NCBI GenBank assembly: GCA_038148515.1
Contig: JAYQVP010000002.1
Span: 25,635 to 89,634 of the forward strand
Direction of reading: 5' to 3'
Origin: Poseidonia sp.
GTDB lineage: Archaea; Thermoplasmatota; Poseidoniia; Poseidoniales; Poseidoniaceae
DNA: 64,000 nt
In this document: one piece after another, positions 54,244 to 64,000 of the stretch
Layout of the letters: each line of letters opens with the position of its first letter
Position numbering within the stretch: position 1 is the first letter of the stretch
Notes under the pieces: model-generated
What the model was told of the DNA's origin: nothing
Databases searched by the model: none
Seen by the model: only the letters and a program-made list of their open reading frames with translations
Translations under genes and position numbers: made by a program

Positions 54244-56316
54244 TCATAACCAGCGATGATCGTTGGCGCCCTTCAGAGAACGAGCCAAATTCAACGCCCT
54301 GTAGGTCCTTCGAAGTTCAATGATGACCGCCACTGCGCCCATCAACAGCCCCAGCCAGAGCAGCAGCGAAGCGTAAGGAACAACACCTGATGCGTTGCGA
54401 ACGATGGTGGAACTTGGGAGGTCTTCAAGCCCAAAACCGGAGGATGCGAGGAAGGTCACGTCGAGCAGGTCGAGATCGCAATCGCAGAGGCTGATGGAGA
54501 TTCGTTCGGGAAACAGCGAACCTTGCAGCCGAACCCAGTCGGAGGTCGGTATGCTGTCAGGCCGAGTGGCCCACGCCGGGGCGGCAATGGTGCCTACCGC
54601 TGGAGTCGCAACCATCGTCGCCTCAAGGTGGAAAACGGGGGACTGCGGCGGTTGGTCAACCACCAACAAGGCTTCAAGCATCATCAGGTCCAAGAGGAGG
54701 GAACGCCCTGCGAGCAAGATGAAGCGAACAGTTTGGCTTTCCAACATCCCGGTGTCGGATTGTTGTGTTTGGCCTTTGGCCACCTGGCCAAAAATGGCTT
54801 GGTCCAGTCGAAGCGATTCAAGTTCTGGGACGACGAGTTGCCAACGCCCATCGTCCAAGGGAACAGCGGACTGAACGGATAAACGCAGTTTGAGGACCTC
54901 ACCATCCAACATACCCCAGGTTGCGCCAGTATGGGTCACGAGGGTTTGGTCCGGGACACCCTCTGCAGAGACATCCCAGAGTTGCTGCAGGCGCATATCG
55001 ATCAGTTCGTCGAGCTCCCATTCATCGTCCTGTTGCACCTCATCAACCATCACCACCAGCGGTTGAATCACCCCCCCCAGAAAAAGCAAGATTACACCAG
55101 GGACAAACAGTCCCATACGAAGCGGATAGGAGGTGGTGGGCCGCAAGGCAAACAGTAGGAAAACGCCCAAGACTGCCATGGACATCAAGAGCAACCCGAT
55201 GCCTCGACCACTGATGGAGGAGGCTTCGTCCATATCACCAACAAAAGCAGCGCCATGTGGGAAAAAACTGGCAGAACCGAATCCGCTGGGGTCGGTGGGC
55301 CCCAAACTCTCGTAACCGAAGGCCCCAGACCAAGTGTATCCTTGCAATTTGTCGGGCGAACCATGGAAACACAGGGTGTAGTCGCCAGTGGGTAACGCAC
55401 GCCATCGATAGGTGAATTGCACCGATGCACCATCGTCGCCCACCACCACTTCAGGAGGTGGAGATAGGCGCCCTGCTGCGGTGATCAGGTCGGGCACAGG
55501 ATGTGGTTGCTCGAGTTCAATGGGCACAGCGTCCCATTGCACGATCAAACGTAGCACCTCATGCGTCTCGACCTCAAACGACCAACAATCATGGTCGGCT
55601 CCGATTAAACCGCCTTGATGTACATCTTCAAACACGGTTGGTCGGGGTTGGGTCGTGGACGTCGGTTCGTCAAGGTCGACCGTTTCAGGGTCGATTGACC
55701 AGGGGACATCAAATTCGAAAAAGGAGGCCCCCCGCATGTTCAATTCCCAGGAGCCTGGCCTGTCCAAGGAAAACGTAAGGATGAGGCGAACAGGCTCATC
55801 GTTCCACAAGACTCGACCTTCTGACAAATCGAGTGGTTCCTTGTCCAATCTGTACGGCTCGTAACTCGTGGTTGGAAGGGTGGTGGCCTCAAACGTCCAG
55901 GTGTTCACATTGGCGCCGAGAACCAAACGAATGTCAAGGGCTGGGCGAAACAACGCTCCTGTTTCGGTTTGATGACGAAAGTCAATGCTCATGGACGTTA
56001 ATTCGTCGACCAGTAAAGCAACATGGTGTTGAGGCGGGTCCGCTTCAAATTCGAAACGAACTTGTTCGGTTTGGAAGAGATTGGCCGAGGACTGACCCGT
56101 CACGACCTCTTCGCCGATGGGCGTGGGCGTGAGCACGCAATCGTTGTCGGCTCTGCAGGAAAGGTACAGCGTCTCGCCGCTGTCGCCCTCTTGAAGGCCG
56201 GCCGAGGCGGGCAGCGTGGAAGCAAGGGATGTGAGGAAGAGGAGAAGGACAATACTACGTTGAAGCGCTCCGAATCGCCAGCCTTGGATGCGAACCGGTG
56301 TCACGAGAAATCCCAC
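54244..56316 (-). CDS. Hypothetical large membrane protein (signal peptide, two extracytoplasmic regions, 3-4 TM)
   Basis: 690 aa. N-terminal signal IVLLLFLTSLASTLPASA, central TM pair (GLLLMSMAVLGVFLLFAL; LFVPGVILLFLGGVIQPLVVM) and C-terminal TM (LLLWLGLLMGAVAVIIEL). No recognisable domain. Confidence 0.55.
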   Translation of the reverse strand: MGFLVTPVRIQGWRFGALQRSIVLLLFLTSLASTLPASAGLQEGDSGETLYLSCRADNDCVLTPTPIGEEVVTGQSSANLFQTEQVRFEFEADPPQHHVALLVDELTSMSIDFRHQTETGALFRPALDIRLVLGANVNTWTFEATTLPTTSYEPYRLDKEPLDLSEGRVLWNDEPVRLILTFSLDRPGSWELNMRGASFFEFDVPWSIDPETVDLDEPTSTTQPRPTVFEDVHQGGLIGADHDCWSFEVETHEVLRLIVQWDAVPIELEQPHPVPDLITAAGRLSPPPEVVVGDDGASVQFTYRWRALPTGDYTLCFHGSPDKLQGYTWSGAFGYESLGPTDPSGFGSASFFPHGAAFVGDMDEASSISGRGIGLLLMSMAVLGVFLLFALRPTTSYPLRMGLFVPGVILLFLGGVIQPLVVMVDEVQQDDEWELDELIDMRLQQLWDVSAEGVPDQTLVTHTGATWGMLDGEVLKLRLSVQSAVPLDDGRWQLVVPELESLRLDQAIFGQVAKGQTQQSDTGMLESQTVRFILLAGRSLLLDLMMLEALLVVDQPPQSPVFHLEATMVATPAVGTIAAPAWATRPDSIPTSDWVRLQGSLFPERISISLCDCDLDLLDVTFLASSGFGLEDLPSSTIVRNASGVVPYASLLLWLGLLMGAVAVIIELRRTYRALNLARSLKGANDHRWL

Positions 56317-56331
56317 ATCTTGCCCCCTATT

Positions 56332-56862
56332 TCATTGGGCGTGTTCGCGGCGAACATCGAGAAGGGGCACTCTGCAGGTTCGGCATTGATAGCGACGGTT
56401 GCCCCGAACCCGTCGTGGGAAGGTCGCTTCGCAGGAGGGGCATTGCCAGATCCACGATGCCCGTTGCAGACGCATGGCGTGCGTGAACCAACGACCTGAA
56501 GTACGAGCCGATGCGTTCGGCCACACGGCTTCAAGGGCTCGAAATTCTGCATTGTGGGCGCGAAAACCCAAGACATGTATGAATTCGTGAAACAGGACGA
56601 ACAATCCGTAGGGTTGCCATTCGTTTTCCAGGAGGGCAGGATGCAAATCGACGCAGTCCACCGTCAGTGTACCGTTTTCTCCACGCTTCCATCGGGTTAC
56701 GCCGTGGCGTTGGGTGGCGGAGGTCCGTAAGAATCCGAGAGGGGTGGTCGCTAACGGTTCGAGATTCATGTTGCGAAACGGGAGAAAGGTCGCCATCGTT
56801 GCAAGCACATCTCGCCGCATCGCTTCCAACGCCTCGCGTTGGGCGGCGGTTCCCTTCGCCAT
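56332..56862 (-). CDS. SprT-like zinc metalloprotease with C-terminal zinc ribbon
   Basis: 176 aa. LFVLFHEFIHVLGF (HExxH) followed by CPSCEATFPRRVRGNRRYQCRTCRVPL (CxxC-x15-CxxC). Confidence 0.75.
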   Translation of the reverse strand: MAKGTAAQREALEAMRRDVLATMATFLPFRNMNLEPLATTPLGFLRTSATQRHGVTRWKRGENGTLTVDCVDLHPALLENEWQPYGLFVLFHEFIHVLGFRAHNAEFRALEAVWPNASARTSGRWFTHAMRLQRASWIWQCPSCEATFPRRVRGNRRYQCRTCRVPLLDVRREHAQ

Positions 56863-56871
56863 TTCGCCACC

Positions 56872-57342
56872 TCAGTTCCACCGATGGAAGGCCGGATGGC
56901 CCTCTTTGACCGCCACGAACAGACCTTCACCCGTGGCACAGACCTTGCCCTCAGCGAGCAACTCCATGGTGATCGTGGCCCGGTCTTCAAGCAGGTTGAC
57001 CACCTTGGCGTTGACCGTGAGTTCGCTGTCAACGGGGGTTGGACGACGCAGTTTGATCTCGTACGAGGCGGTGACGGTGCACGGGGGTTCGCTGAGACCT
57101 TGTTCGGCCATGATGGCCATGGCTGCGGCCCAATTGCCGTGGCAGTCCATCAGCGTTCCAATGATGCCGCCGTTCACCATGCCTGGGAAGGCCTGGTGGT
57201 GCAGTTGAGGTTGGAAGCTCATGGTTAACCCACCGTCGGGTGTCAGATAGGAGTCGATTTGCAAGCCAGCCTCGTTGGCAGGGCCACAGCCGAAACAAAT
57301 TGAGTTGGGAGCGTGGGTGCGTTGGACGCCTTTGGATGCCAT
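56872..57342 (-). CDS. PaaI/4HBT-type hotdog-fold thioesterase
   Basis: 156 aa. CFGCGPANEAGLQI..., PGMVNGGIIGTLMDCHGNWA and TASYEIKLRRPTP are typical of the PaaI-family thioesterase layout. Confidence 0.75.
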   Translation of the reverse strand: MASKGVQRTHAPNSICFGCGPANEAGLQIDSYLTPDGGLTMSFQPQLHHQAFPGMVNGGIIGTLMDCHGNWAAAMAIMAEQGLSEPPCTVTASYEIKLRRPTPVDSELTVNAKVVNLLEDRATITMELLAEGKVCATGEGLFVAVKEGHPAFHRWN

Positions 57343-57428
57343 GGAGGAACGTGGGGCGGTCGCTTGATGGTTCTTACCACTGCCCGAGCCGACGGAGCGT
57401 TGATGACCACACCGTGCCTGCCACGCAC

Positions 57429-58739
57429 ATGGGCCAGCGCAAGGAGAAGTCCGTGCGCACCGTTCGAGTGGCGCACGAATTGCCCAAACGCCGTCGAATG
57501 GCGATTGAAGAGGCCATGAAAGCCCACCAAACCGAGGATCGCCCCGAATGGGACCGTTCCTCAGACTGGGGTGACGTTCGGTTTTACCGCAAGCGCATCA
57601 AACCCGGAACCTTGCGAACAGTTCACCTCCCGCTGCTCGACGTGAATCTTGGCGACCAGTGGCCCGTACCCGTCACCGTCATCCATGGTGCTCGCCCGGG
57701 GCCATGCATCACCGTTCTGGGCGCCATCCACGGCGATGAACTCACGGGCCCCTCCGCCTGCACCCACTTGCTTAGCAACGCCTTCACCGACGAGGGGCGC
57801 CCGCTGGATCCAAAATTGATGGCTGGCACCTTACGCATCGTTCCGGTGTTGAACCTGCCAGGCTACCGAGCAAAATCAAGGTACTTCCCCGATGGTCGAG
57901 ACCTCAATCGCCAATTCCCCGGTGACCCCGGTGGTTCGACCACCCGCCGAGTGGCTGACCAGATTTGGAAGCATTTGGTCGAGGACAGTGACGGCATCAT
58001 CGACCTTCACAGCGCAGCGAAAGGACGCAGCAACATGCCTCAAGTTCGGGTCGACTTGACACATACAAGTTCCTATTTACTTGCAAAATCCTTTGGCATT
58101 GAAATCCTCCTCGACTCCATCCCGCCCAAAGGAACCCTGCGACGAACCGCCAATGCAGCCGACATCCCCGTCATCACCTACGAGGGCGGTGGGGCGGATT
58201 TTCTGGGCGACCAATCGGTCAAGGTCGCCGTTCACGGCGTCATGAACGCGCTCCGTTCGTTGCGAATGATTCCAGGTAAACCACAGCGTCCTCGATTTCG
58301 TATTCTGGCCAGCGGCTCGACGTGGTTACGGGCTGGCGAAGGCGGTTTGTTGGACATGTTCGTCTCAGCGGGCAGCGTGATGCGCGAGGGCGAAGTGGTC
58401 GCAACAATTTCGGACCCAGCCACCCCAGGTATGACCGTTGACATCGTCGCTCCCGAGGATGGATTGATCATCGGGGCAGCCACCAATCCGTTCACGGCGG
58501 CTGGGATGCCCGTGGGTCATTTCTTGCCGATATCGAAGCATTTCGCTCTGCTTGAAGAGCAAATCGACGGCGACGGACGCTTCATCGTCAACGGTAGTCT
58601 CGAGGACAAAGTGTGGCGGGAAGAACACGAGACCAGCGAAATTTCGTTGTTGGGTGAATGGAGCGGAGGCGAAGTGGATTCCGAATGGGTCGGGGCCAAT
58701 TTGGCCAACGACGAGAGCGAAGCCGAGGAAGCGGCTTGA
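57429..58739 (+). CDS. Succinylglutamate desuccinylase/aspartoacylase-family zinc hydrolase
   Basis: AIHGDELTG, GRDLNRQFPG and IDLHSA motifs, plus a C-terminal beta-rich extension and acidic tail. Start trimmed to MGQRKEK (57429; MAIEE at 57498 also possible) because the track start overlaps the thioesterase gene. Confidence 0.8.
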   Translation: MGQRKEKSVRTVRVAHELPKRRRMAIEEAMKAHQTEDRPEWDRSSDWGDVRFYRKRIKPGTLRTVHLPLLDVNLGDQWPVPVTVIHGARPGPCITVLGAIHGDELTGPSACTHLLSNAFTDEGRPLDPKLMAGTLRIVPVLNLPGYRAKSRYFPDGRDLNRQFPGDPGGSTTRRVADQIWKHLVEDSDGIIDLHSAAKGRSNMPQVRVDLTHTSSYLLAKSFGIEILLDSIPPKGTLRRTANAADIPVITYEGGGADFLGDQSVKVAVHGVMNALRSLRMIPGKPQRPRFRILASGSTWLRAGEGGLLDMFVSAGSVMREGEVVATISDPATPGMTVDIVAPEDGLIIGAATNPFTAAGMPVGHFLPISKHFALLEEQIDGDGRFIVNGSLEDKVWREEHETSEISLLGEWSGGEVDSEWVGANLANDESEAEEAA

Positions 58740-58818
58740 TCAATCATCTTGGTTGGAACGCTAGCGTCTGTATCGACCAACTGAATCCCCTTCGTATCGG
58801 AAAATAAAATGCAAAGGG

Positions 58819-58851
58819 GTTTCGGATGACCCCTTACAACTTATCCGAAAC
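58819..58851 (+). terminator. Hairpin GTTTCGGAT-N15-ATCCGAAAC followed by T-rich GATTTGTTTAT in a convergent intergenic region
   Basis: The 9-bp perfect stem was checked base by base (58819-58827 pairs with 58843-58851). CCCCTT/AAGGGG alternatives lie at 58787-58792, 58814-58819 and 58830-58835. It sits 80 nt after the stop at 58739. Function is inferred from position only. Confidence 0.3.
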
Positions 58852-58865
58852 GATTTGTTTATGCA

Positions 58866-59180
58866 TTAATTTCTAAACATCAATTGAGGGGAGAATCCTT
58901 CCGATTTCATCTCAGACATTAGTAGATTCAAATCTTCTTCAGTACCATGTCCAGAATCATGACATACGATCCCAACTTTACGATTTCTTTCAATCTCAGT
59001 ATTATCAAGTAGACAACGGAAATCGCCCATCACATAATGTGGCCCTCTGTGTGATGGAATACATACTGCTTCATCAAGACCGGTTGAACCACCTTTGAAC
59101 CAAATAGGACTGGGATGGAATACAAGTTCGTAAATTTCAGTTGGGCCTTCTTCATTCTCAAATAACAGTGTGAAGTACAT
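58866..59180 (-). CDS. Orphan 104-aa protein encoded in a low-GC islet
   Basis: My translation from ATG 59180: MYFTLLFENEEGPTEIYELVFHPSPIWFKGGSTGLDEAVCIPSHRGPHYVMGDFRCLLDNTEIERNRKVGIVCHDSGHGTEEDLNLLMSEMKSEGFSPQLMFRN*. The upstream 90 aa of track ORF 58866..59450 overlap the 3' end of the IPMS-like gene and are rejected. A/T-rich codon usage differs from its neighbours. Confidence 0.5.
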   Translation of the reverse strand: MYFTLLFENEEGPTEIYELVFHPSPIWFKGGSTGLDEAVCIPSHRGPHYVMGDFRCLLDNTEIERNRKVGIVCHDSGHGTEEDLNLLMSEMKSEGFSPQLMFRN

Positions 59181-59286
59181 GTCAGGCCGGAGATGAATCC
59201 CTATTTCAGTAATTCGTACAAAGGGCCCCCTCTGTATTGACGGGTGTTGGATCGCTACCCTCAGAAGTATCGAGGATAACCCACCC

Positions 59287-60549
59287 TCACTGCGAAAATG
59301 CAGCGACAGCAGCGTGAATTTCGTCGTCGAGCATGTTTCGCTTCTGGTTCTTGGCGATCTCGAACAAATGTGCAACCAATTCGTCGGTCGGCTCAATGTT
59401 GTGTTGTTCAAGCCACCACACGATGTTGGAGCGTCCCGACATGTGGCCAATCCGAATCACCTGTTTGAGGCCGAAGTCCCCAGCAGGCACCCCTGAATAG
59501 ACACGGTCGGCAAGCCAGTGATCGCCTTTGCGCATTGCTTTGATCACAGCAGAGGCGTGCACGCCCGTGCCCGTTTCAAAGGCATCTTCACCGAAGACGG
59601 GGTAGTTACGAGGCAGAGGAACTTCGATGTACTCGTTTGCCTTTTGCATGTAGGTATCGAGCAGTGTCAAATCGTTGTCAATGACGCCCATGAGTTTGAG
59701 GTTCACAAGGGTCTGGTCCAACGGAGCGTTGCCGGCTCGTTCGCCCACACCCAGAGCCGTTCCGTGAATCACGTCGGCGCCGGCTTCAACAGCAGCGATG
59801 TTGTTGGCCACGCCCAATCCACGGTCTTGATGGCCGTGCCAATTGACTTCGATATCTCGGCGTTGGTAGCCAGCGTCCTTGATGACTTCTTCATCGATGA
59901 ACGAGAGGAGTTTCTTCACACCGTTGGGCGTGACGTGTCCGCAGGTGTCGCAAATGCAGAGGCGGCGAACGCCCAACTCCATGGCTCGCTGGTAGATCAT
60001 TTTCACATCTCCGGGATTGGAACGGGTTGTGTCTTCGGTCACAAACATCACAGGAACGTCGTTGCTCACAGCGTAGGAGACGGCTTCTTCCATCGTTTTC
60101 ATCAACTTCTCCATCGTCCAGCCTTCGGTGTACTGCCGAATTGGGCTCGTTCCCAAGAAGGCAGAGGCTTGAATCTCCATCTCGTGCTTGGCTTGCATCT
60201 CCACCAAGGGCTCAATGTCGCCCATCAAGGTTCGAACGGCGGCGCCAGGGCGGATGTTGAATTCATGCTCTCTGATATGAGACAGCATAGCGTCGATGTG
60301 GGAGCGGTGAAACGGGCCAGCTCCGGGAAGCCCGAGGTCAACTTTTTGCAGGCCGAGTTGCTCCATGTAGCCAAGAAGTTCGATTTTTTGCTCAATGGTT
60401 GGGTTGCGAGCGCTGGGGCTCTGCAATCCGTCGCGGAGGGTTTCGTCGTCAAACCAAACACCATGCGGGTGGTTTGCAGGATTGCGCTGAACATCGTAGT
60501 CAACCGTGTTCCAATCATAAATCAACGAATGTTCATCCATGCTGTTCAC
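59287..60549 (-). CDS. HMGL-like DRE-TIM aldolase of the 2-isopropylmalate/homocitrate synthase family (no LeuA regulatory domain)
   Basis: 420 aa. FDDETLRDGLQSP, NWHGHQDRGLGVANNIAAVEAGADVIHGTALGVGERAGNAPLDQ. At this length it lacks the C-terminal LeuA dimerisation/regulatory domain, so the substrate is not assignable. Confidence 0.8.
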   Translation of the reverse strand: MNSMDEHSLIYDWNTVDYDVQRNPANHPHGVWFDDETLRDGLQSPSARNPTIEQKIELLGYMEQLGLQKVDLGLPGAGPFHRSHIDAMLSHIREHEFNIRPGAAVRTLMGDIEPLVEMQAKHEMEIQASAFLGTSPIRQYTEGWTMEKLMKTMEEAVSYAVSNDVPVMFVTEDTTRSNPGDVKMIYQRAMELGVRRLCICDTCGHVTPNGVKKLLSFIDEEVIKDAGYQRRDIEVNWHGHQDRGLGVANNIAAVEAGADVIHGTALGVGERAGNAPLDQTLVNLKLMGVIDNDLTLLDTYMQKANEYIEVPLPRNYPVFGEDAFETGTGVHASAVIKAMRKGDHWLADRVYSGVPAGDFGLKQVIRIGHMSGRSNIVWWLEQHNIEPTDELVAHLFEIAKNQKRNMLDDEIHAAVAAFSQ

Positions 60550-60609
60550 CTCCGGTGCGAGCGCCCGGGCACTTGCCCACGAGGTGCCGTATCGTTTGAA
60601 TGCGTCGCT

Positions 60610-63321
60610 TCACTCTTCCTCGGAGGATTCAGCAGCAGGAAGACTGTCGCTCTCCTCGTCAGCGTCCATCAACGAAGCCGAGACCCGTGACGAAAAGACG
60701 ATTTCATCGGTGAAGCCGCCTTTGTCTTTATCGCGAAGTTCCATTACGCGAGTGCCACGGGTTGCTTTGCCTGTCGTCTCCTTCGTTTGGTCGATGCGAA
60801 TACGAATCATCATCCCTGATTTCGTCAAGAGGAACAAGTGGTCGTTGAGGTCGGGGATGATGCGAACGCTGATGATGGAATCGTTGTGTTCCTCGTCGAG
60901 TTTCATGGTGCGTACGCCCTTCGCTCCTGGTTTCGTGGAACGGTACCCGTCGGTGACCATCTTGATTTCACCGTCTTCGGTCCGTCGGACATTGCCTTCA
61001 GCGTCCCTGTCTTCGACACGCTCAGCGGTGCCCAGACGACTTCGTTTGGCCATTCCGTACTTGGATATGGTTAGGATGTATTCATCGGCGTGGAGCATCG
61101 CCACCATCCCTGCGACCACACCACCACCTGAACCTTTTCGGTCCGCGACCTTGATGCCGAAGACGCCACCTGAAACACGACCTGAGGCTCGGATGGCAGA
61201 GCAATTGAACCGCGAAGCATAGCCGGTGGTAGAGATCATCACCACATCGTGCTGATTGGTGGCGGTTCGGACATTCACCAACGAGTCGCCCTCAATCTTG
61301 AATCGTAAGGCGTATTTGCCGTTGCGATTGATGCGAACGTATTCGGAAAGTGCCGTTTTCTTGATCAGCCCCAAACGGGTCGCAAAGAGCAAAAAGTGGT
61401 CATCAGGGGTTTCAAGCAACTCCCTCGAAAGAGGAAGCAGGCTGACGATGTTTTCATCTTCACGTAGATTTTCAAGGAGGTTGCGGATGTGCGTTCCTCG
61501 AGATTGACGGCTACCAAGTGGTGTTTCCCATGCCTTCAGGCCGTAAACGCGACCTTGGTCGGTAAAAATCAACAAGCGGTCCTTGCTAAAACAGGTCGTG
61601 ATGAGTTGAGGCGTGTCCTCCGTCTTCGTCGCCACACCCTTCAGGCCTCGCCCTCCACGGTTCTGGGTGCGGAAGGTCTCCACTGGCATGTGCCGAATGT
61701 AGTTGTCTTCGCTGAGCGTGATCACGATGGCTCGTTCCTGAATGAGGTCTTCTCGGTCCATCGACAGCGGCATCTGGTTGATTTCAGATCGGCGTTCATC
61801 GCCGTGACGGTCGACCACTTCGGCCAATTCCTCCTTTAGGATGGAAAGGCGCCGAGGGCGTGAACCAAGAATATCTTCCAAATCTGCAATTCTCAGTTTG
61901 AGTTCGTCGTACTCCGACATCACATTGGCAACGTCGACTTGGCTGAGGTGGTACAGACGGCGCTCAGCGATGGCCTTGGCTTGCGCTTCGCTGAAGTCAA
62001 AAGCAGCGATGCCAGCCATCGTTTGGTCGCCTCGGAGAACCGATTCGAAATGTTCGCGGCTGGTGCTGGCTTTGCCGGCGGCTACGACATCGTCGATGCG
62101 GTCCTGGGCCTTGACGAGGCCTTCCAAAATGTGAGCGCGGGCCTGAGCCTTCTCCAGGTCAAACGCAGCACGGCGTTCAATCACGCCTTCTCGGTGCGTC
62201 ACGTAGGTGTGAATCATCGTCCCCAAGTTCAACAAGACCGGGCGGCCGTCGAGAATTCCCATCATGTTGGCCGAGTACGATTCTTGCAGGCGACTGGACT
62301 TGAACAGTTGATTAAGCACGGCGTGAGGGTCAGCGTTGTTCTTGACTTCGATAACCACGCGAATACCCTCTTTCGAGGATTCATCACGAATGTCTCGGAT
62401 GCCTACGACCTGCTCTTTGTTCACCAAATCTGCGATCTGGACGAGCATGTCGGCCTTCTTCACTTGGTACGGAATTTCATGCACGATGATTCGCTTTCCT
62501 TTGTCGTCGTCGAGGACTTCGCAATTGGCTCGAACGTGGAATCGCCCTTTGCCTGTAGCATACATATCGGCGATACCATCGATGCCGTGAACCGTGGCGC
62601 CCGTCGGGAAATCGGGCCCTTTGACAAATTCCATGTAATCTTCTATAGAGATATGTGGTTGCCCGGATTCGCCGGTTTCAAGGATCGTGTCAACGTGGAG
62701 ATTGACCGCACCCGCAACCTCTGTGAGGTTGTGAGGTGGGATTCGGGTCGCCATGCCCACGGCAATTCCGTCGCTGCCATTGAGCAACAAATTGGGCAAG
62801 CGGGCTGGAAGCACCGTGGGCTCCTGCTCGGAATCGTCGAAATTTGGTTGGAATTCAACGGTATTCTTGTTGATGTCCTCCAGCATGTGCTTGGCGATTC
62901 GGTCGAGGCGACTCTCAGTGTATCGCATCGCAGCGGGAGGGTCGCCATCGATGGAACCAAAGTTGCCTTGGCCGTCCACCAACGGATAACGGAGTGAAAA
63001 TTCCTGAGCCATACGCACCATGGTGTCGTAAATCGATTGGTCGCCGTGTGGGTGGTACTTTCCCATCACTTCACCAACGGAACGCGCTGATTTGCTGAAT
63101 TTTTTGTCTGAGGTATGGCCGCCCTCGTACATACCGTAGAGAACACGGCGATGAACAGGCTTCAGTCCGTCTCGTGCATCCGGCAGAGCTCGGCCGATGA
63201 TGACGGACATAGCGTAGTTGATGTAGGAATTTTTCATTTCGGTGTTGAGGGAATGGTTCAACACCGTTTCACCAGAGGCAGATGAATCGTCAACGGGGGT
63301 TGTTTCATCATCAGATGTCAA
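60610..63321 (-). CDS. gyrA: DNA gyrase subunit A
   Basis: 903 aa. [29 protein letters not shown], active-site block [11 protein letters not shown]-terminal beta-pinwheel repeats and an acidic tail. The 5' end overlaps the gyrB stop by 11 nt. Confidence 0.95.
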   Translation of the reverse strand: MTSDDETTPVDDSSASGETVLNHSLNTEMKNSYINYAMSVIIGRALPDARDGLKPVHRRVLYGMYEGGHTSDKKFSKSARSVGEVMGKYHPHGDQSIYDTMVRMAQEFSLRYPLVDGQGNFGSIDGDPPAAMRYTESRLDRIAKHMLEDINKNTVEFQPNFDDSEQEPTVLPARLPNLLLNGSDGIAVGMATRIPPHNLTEVAGAVNLHVDTILETGESGQPHISIEDYMEFVKGPDFPTGATVHGIDGIADMYATGKGRFHVRANCEVLDDDKGKRIIVHEIPYQVKKADMLVQIADLVNKEQVVGIRDIRDESSKEGIRVVIEVKNNADPHAVLNQLFKSSRLQESYSANMMGILDGRPVLLNLGTMIHTYVTHREGVIERRAAFDLEKAQARAHILEGLVKAQDRIDDVVAAGKASTSREHFESVLRGDQTMAGIAAFDFSEAQAKAIAERRLYHLSQVDVANVMSEYDELKLRIADLEDILGSRPRRLSILKEELAEVVDRHGDERRSEINQMPLSMDREDLIQERAIVITLSEDNYIRHMPVETFRTQNRGGRGLKGVATKTEDTPQLITTCFSKDRLLIFTDQGRVYGLKAWETPLGSRQSRGTHIRNLLENLREDENIVSLLPLSRELLETPDDHFLLFATRLGLIKKTALSEYVRINRNGKYALRFKIEGDSLVNVRTATNQHDVVMISTTGYASRFNCSAIRASGRVSGGVFGIKVADRKGSGGGVVAGMVAMLHADEYILTISKYGMAKRSRLGTAERVEDRDAEGNVRRTEDGEIKMVTDGYRSTKPGAKGVRTMKLDEEHNDSIISVRIIPDLNDHLFLLTKSGMMIRIRIDQTKETTGKATRGTRVMELRDKDKGGFTDEIVFSSRVSASLMDADEESDSLPAAESSEEE

Positions 63322-64000
63322 GGTTGGTCACCTCCTTGGCATAGCGTTCAATGAAAGCCCTGCGTTCGGGGACATCTTCTCCCATCAACGTCTCAAACAT
63401 ACGATTGGTTTCTTCCGCTTCACGCACCGTCACCTTCAACATTGTTCGTGTCTCTGGGTTCATGGTCGTCTCCCATAGTTGTTCAGGGTTCATTTCACCC
63501 AAACCCTTGTACCGTTGAATGCCCAATTTGGAAGCCGGGTTATCGCCCTTCATCTCCTCGATCAGCGCATCGCGCTCGTCATCGCTGAACGCATAACGGC
63601 TCACCTTTCCTTTGGTGATTTGATACAGCGGAGGCTGTGCGATGTAGACGTGTCCGCCAGTGATGGCGGGTTGCATGAAACGCCACAAGAAGGTGAGCAT
63701 GAGGGTGCGAATGTGGGCACCGTCAACATCGGCGTCGGTCATGATGATCAGTTTGTTGTAGCGAAGTTTGCTGGTATCAAAGGACCCTTCGTCTTCGCTG
63801 TTGTTGCCCACGCCTGCGCCGAAGGCACGAATCATCGTTTGAATCTCTTGGTTCTGGAACACTTTCGCAACGTTGTGCATTTGACGTTCAACGTTCAGAA
63901 TCTTTCCACGCAGAGGTAAGATGGCCTGCGTGCGCCGGTCGCGCCCCGTTTTCGCCGAGCCACCCGCAGAATCTCCTTCCACGAGGTAAATTTCACACTC
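63311..64000 (-). CDS. gyrB: DNA gyrase subunit B, C-terminal part (5' end beyond window end)
   Basis: Toprim and tail motifs: (L)[55 protein letters not shown]. The frame stays open through 64000 ([10 protein letters not shown]...). The track start at 63982 is an internal GTG. Confidence 0.95.
   Translation of the reverse strand, partial: ECEIYLVEGDSAGGSAKTGRDRRTQAILPLRGKILNVERQMHNVAKVFQNQEIQTMIRAFGAGVGNNSEDEGSFDTSKLRYNKLIIMTDADVDGAHIRTLMLTFLWRFMQPAITGGHVYIAQPPLYQITKGKVSRYAFSDDERDALIEEMKGDNPASKLGIQRYKGLGEMNPEQLWETTMNPETRTMLKVTVREAEETNRMFETLMGEDVPERRAFIERYAKEVTNLDI

Noticed and set aside
59181-59450. N-terminal 90 aa of track ORF 58866..59450
   Set aside because: It overlaps the 3' end of the IPMS-like gene (59287..60549) in another frame and has normal (high) GC, unlike the islet ORF. 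The first in-frame start inside the low-GC segment is ATG 59180.

Overview
Very gene-dense chromosomal segment from an archaeon, with GC in the high 50s % in the lines I hand-counted. It carries archaeal-type translation and replication genes: L37e, an L44e-S27e-aIF2alpha-Nop10-PAC2 cluster, L10e, ABCE1, RPA plus RPA-associated protein, Hel308, Cgi121 and an MCM-N-like ORF. It also has archaeal lipid genes (GGPP synthase, geranylgeranyl reductase), a class-III-signal pilin and a Tad/Epd-like pilus assembly module. Alongside these sit bacterial-type MutS-MutL and GyrB-GyrA and an aerobic-heterotroph set (glutaryl-CoA dehydrogenase, ETF alpha/beta). That mix fits Thermoplasmatota such as Marine Group II/III; this is inference and was not tested. 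I call 58 CDS, one tRNA-Ser(CGA), one coding tandem repeat and a few small structured intergenic elements. Two CDS are partial at the window edges. Three are missing from the ORF track: the edge zinc-ribbon gene, rpl37e and rps27e. I saw no rRNA, CRISPR array, cas1/cas2, transposase or integrase. The best candidate for something undescribed is a pair of tandem paralogous genes (20671-24312). Each fuses a Cas4/RecB-type Fe-S PD-(D/E)xK nuclease to two OB-like modules, and the pair sits in a housekeeping operon context. Secondary candidates: the RPA operon running straight into a pilin-less Tad-like module headed by an unknown 117-aa protein; a stand-alone MCM N-terminal-domain protein; a ~0.45-kb 39% GC islet with an orphan ORF; a triple-SAP-motif protein; and a prion-like zinc-ribbon repeat protein. 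Many ORF-track starts are over-extended because the track uses the first ATG/GTG/TTG. I trimmed them where homology, neighbouring genes or GGAGG/GAGGTG-like motifs support a downstream start. All family assignments come from motif recognition by eye; no searches were run.
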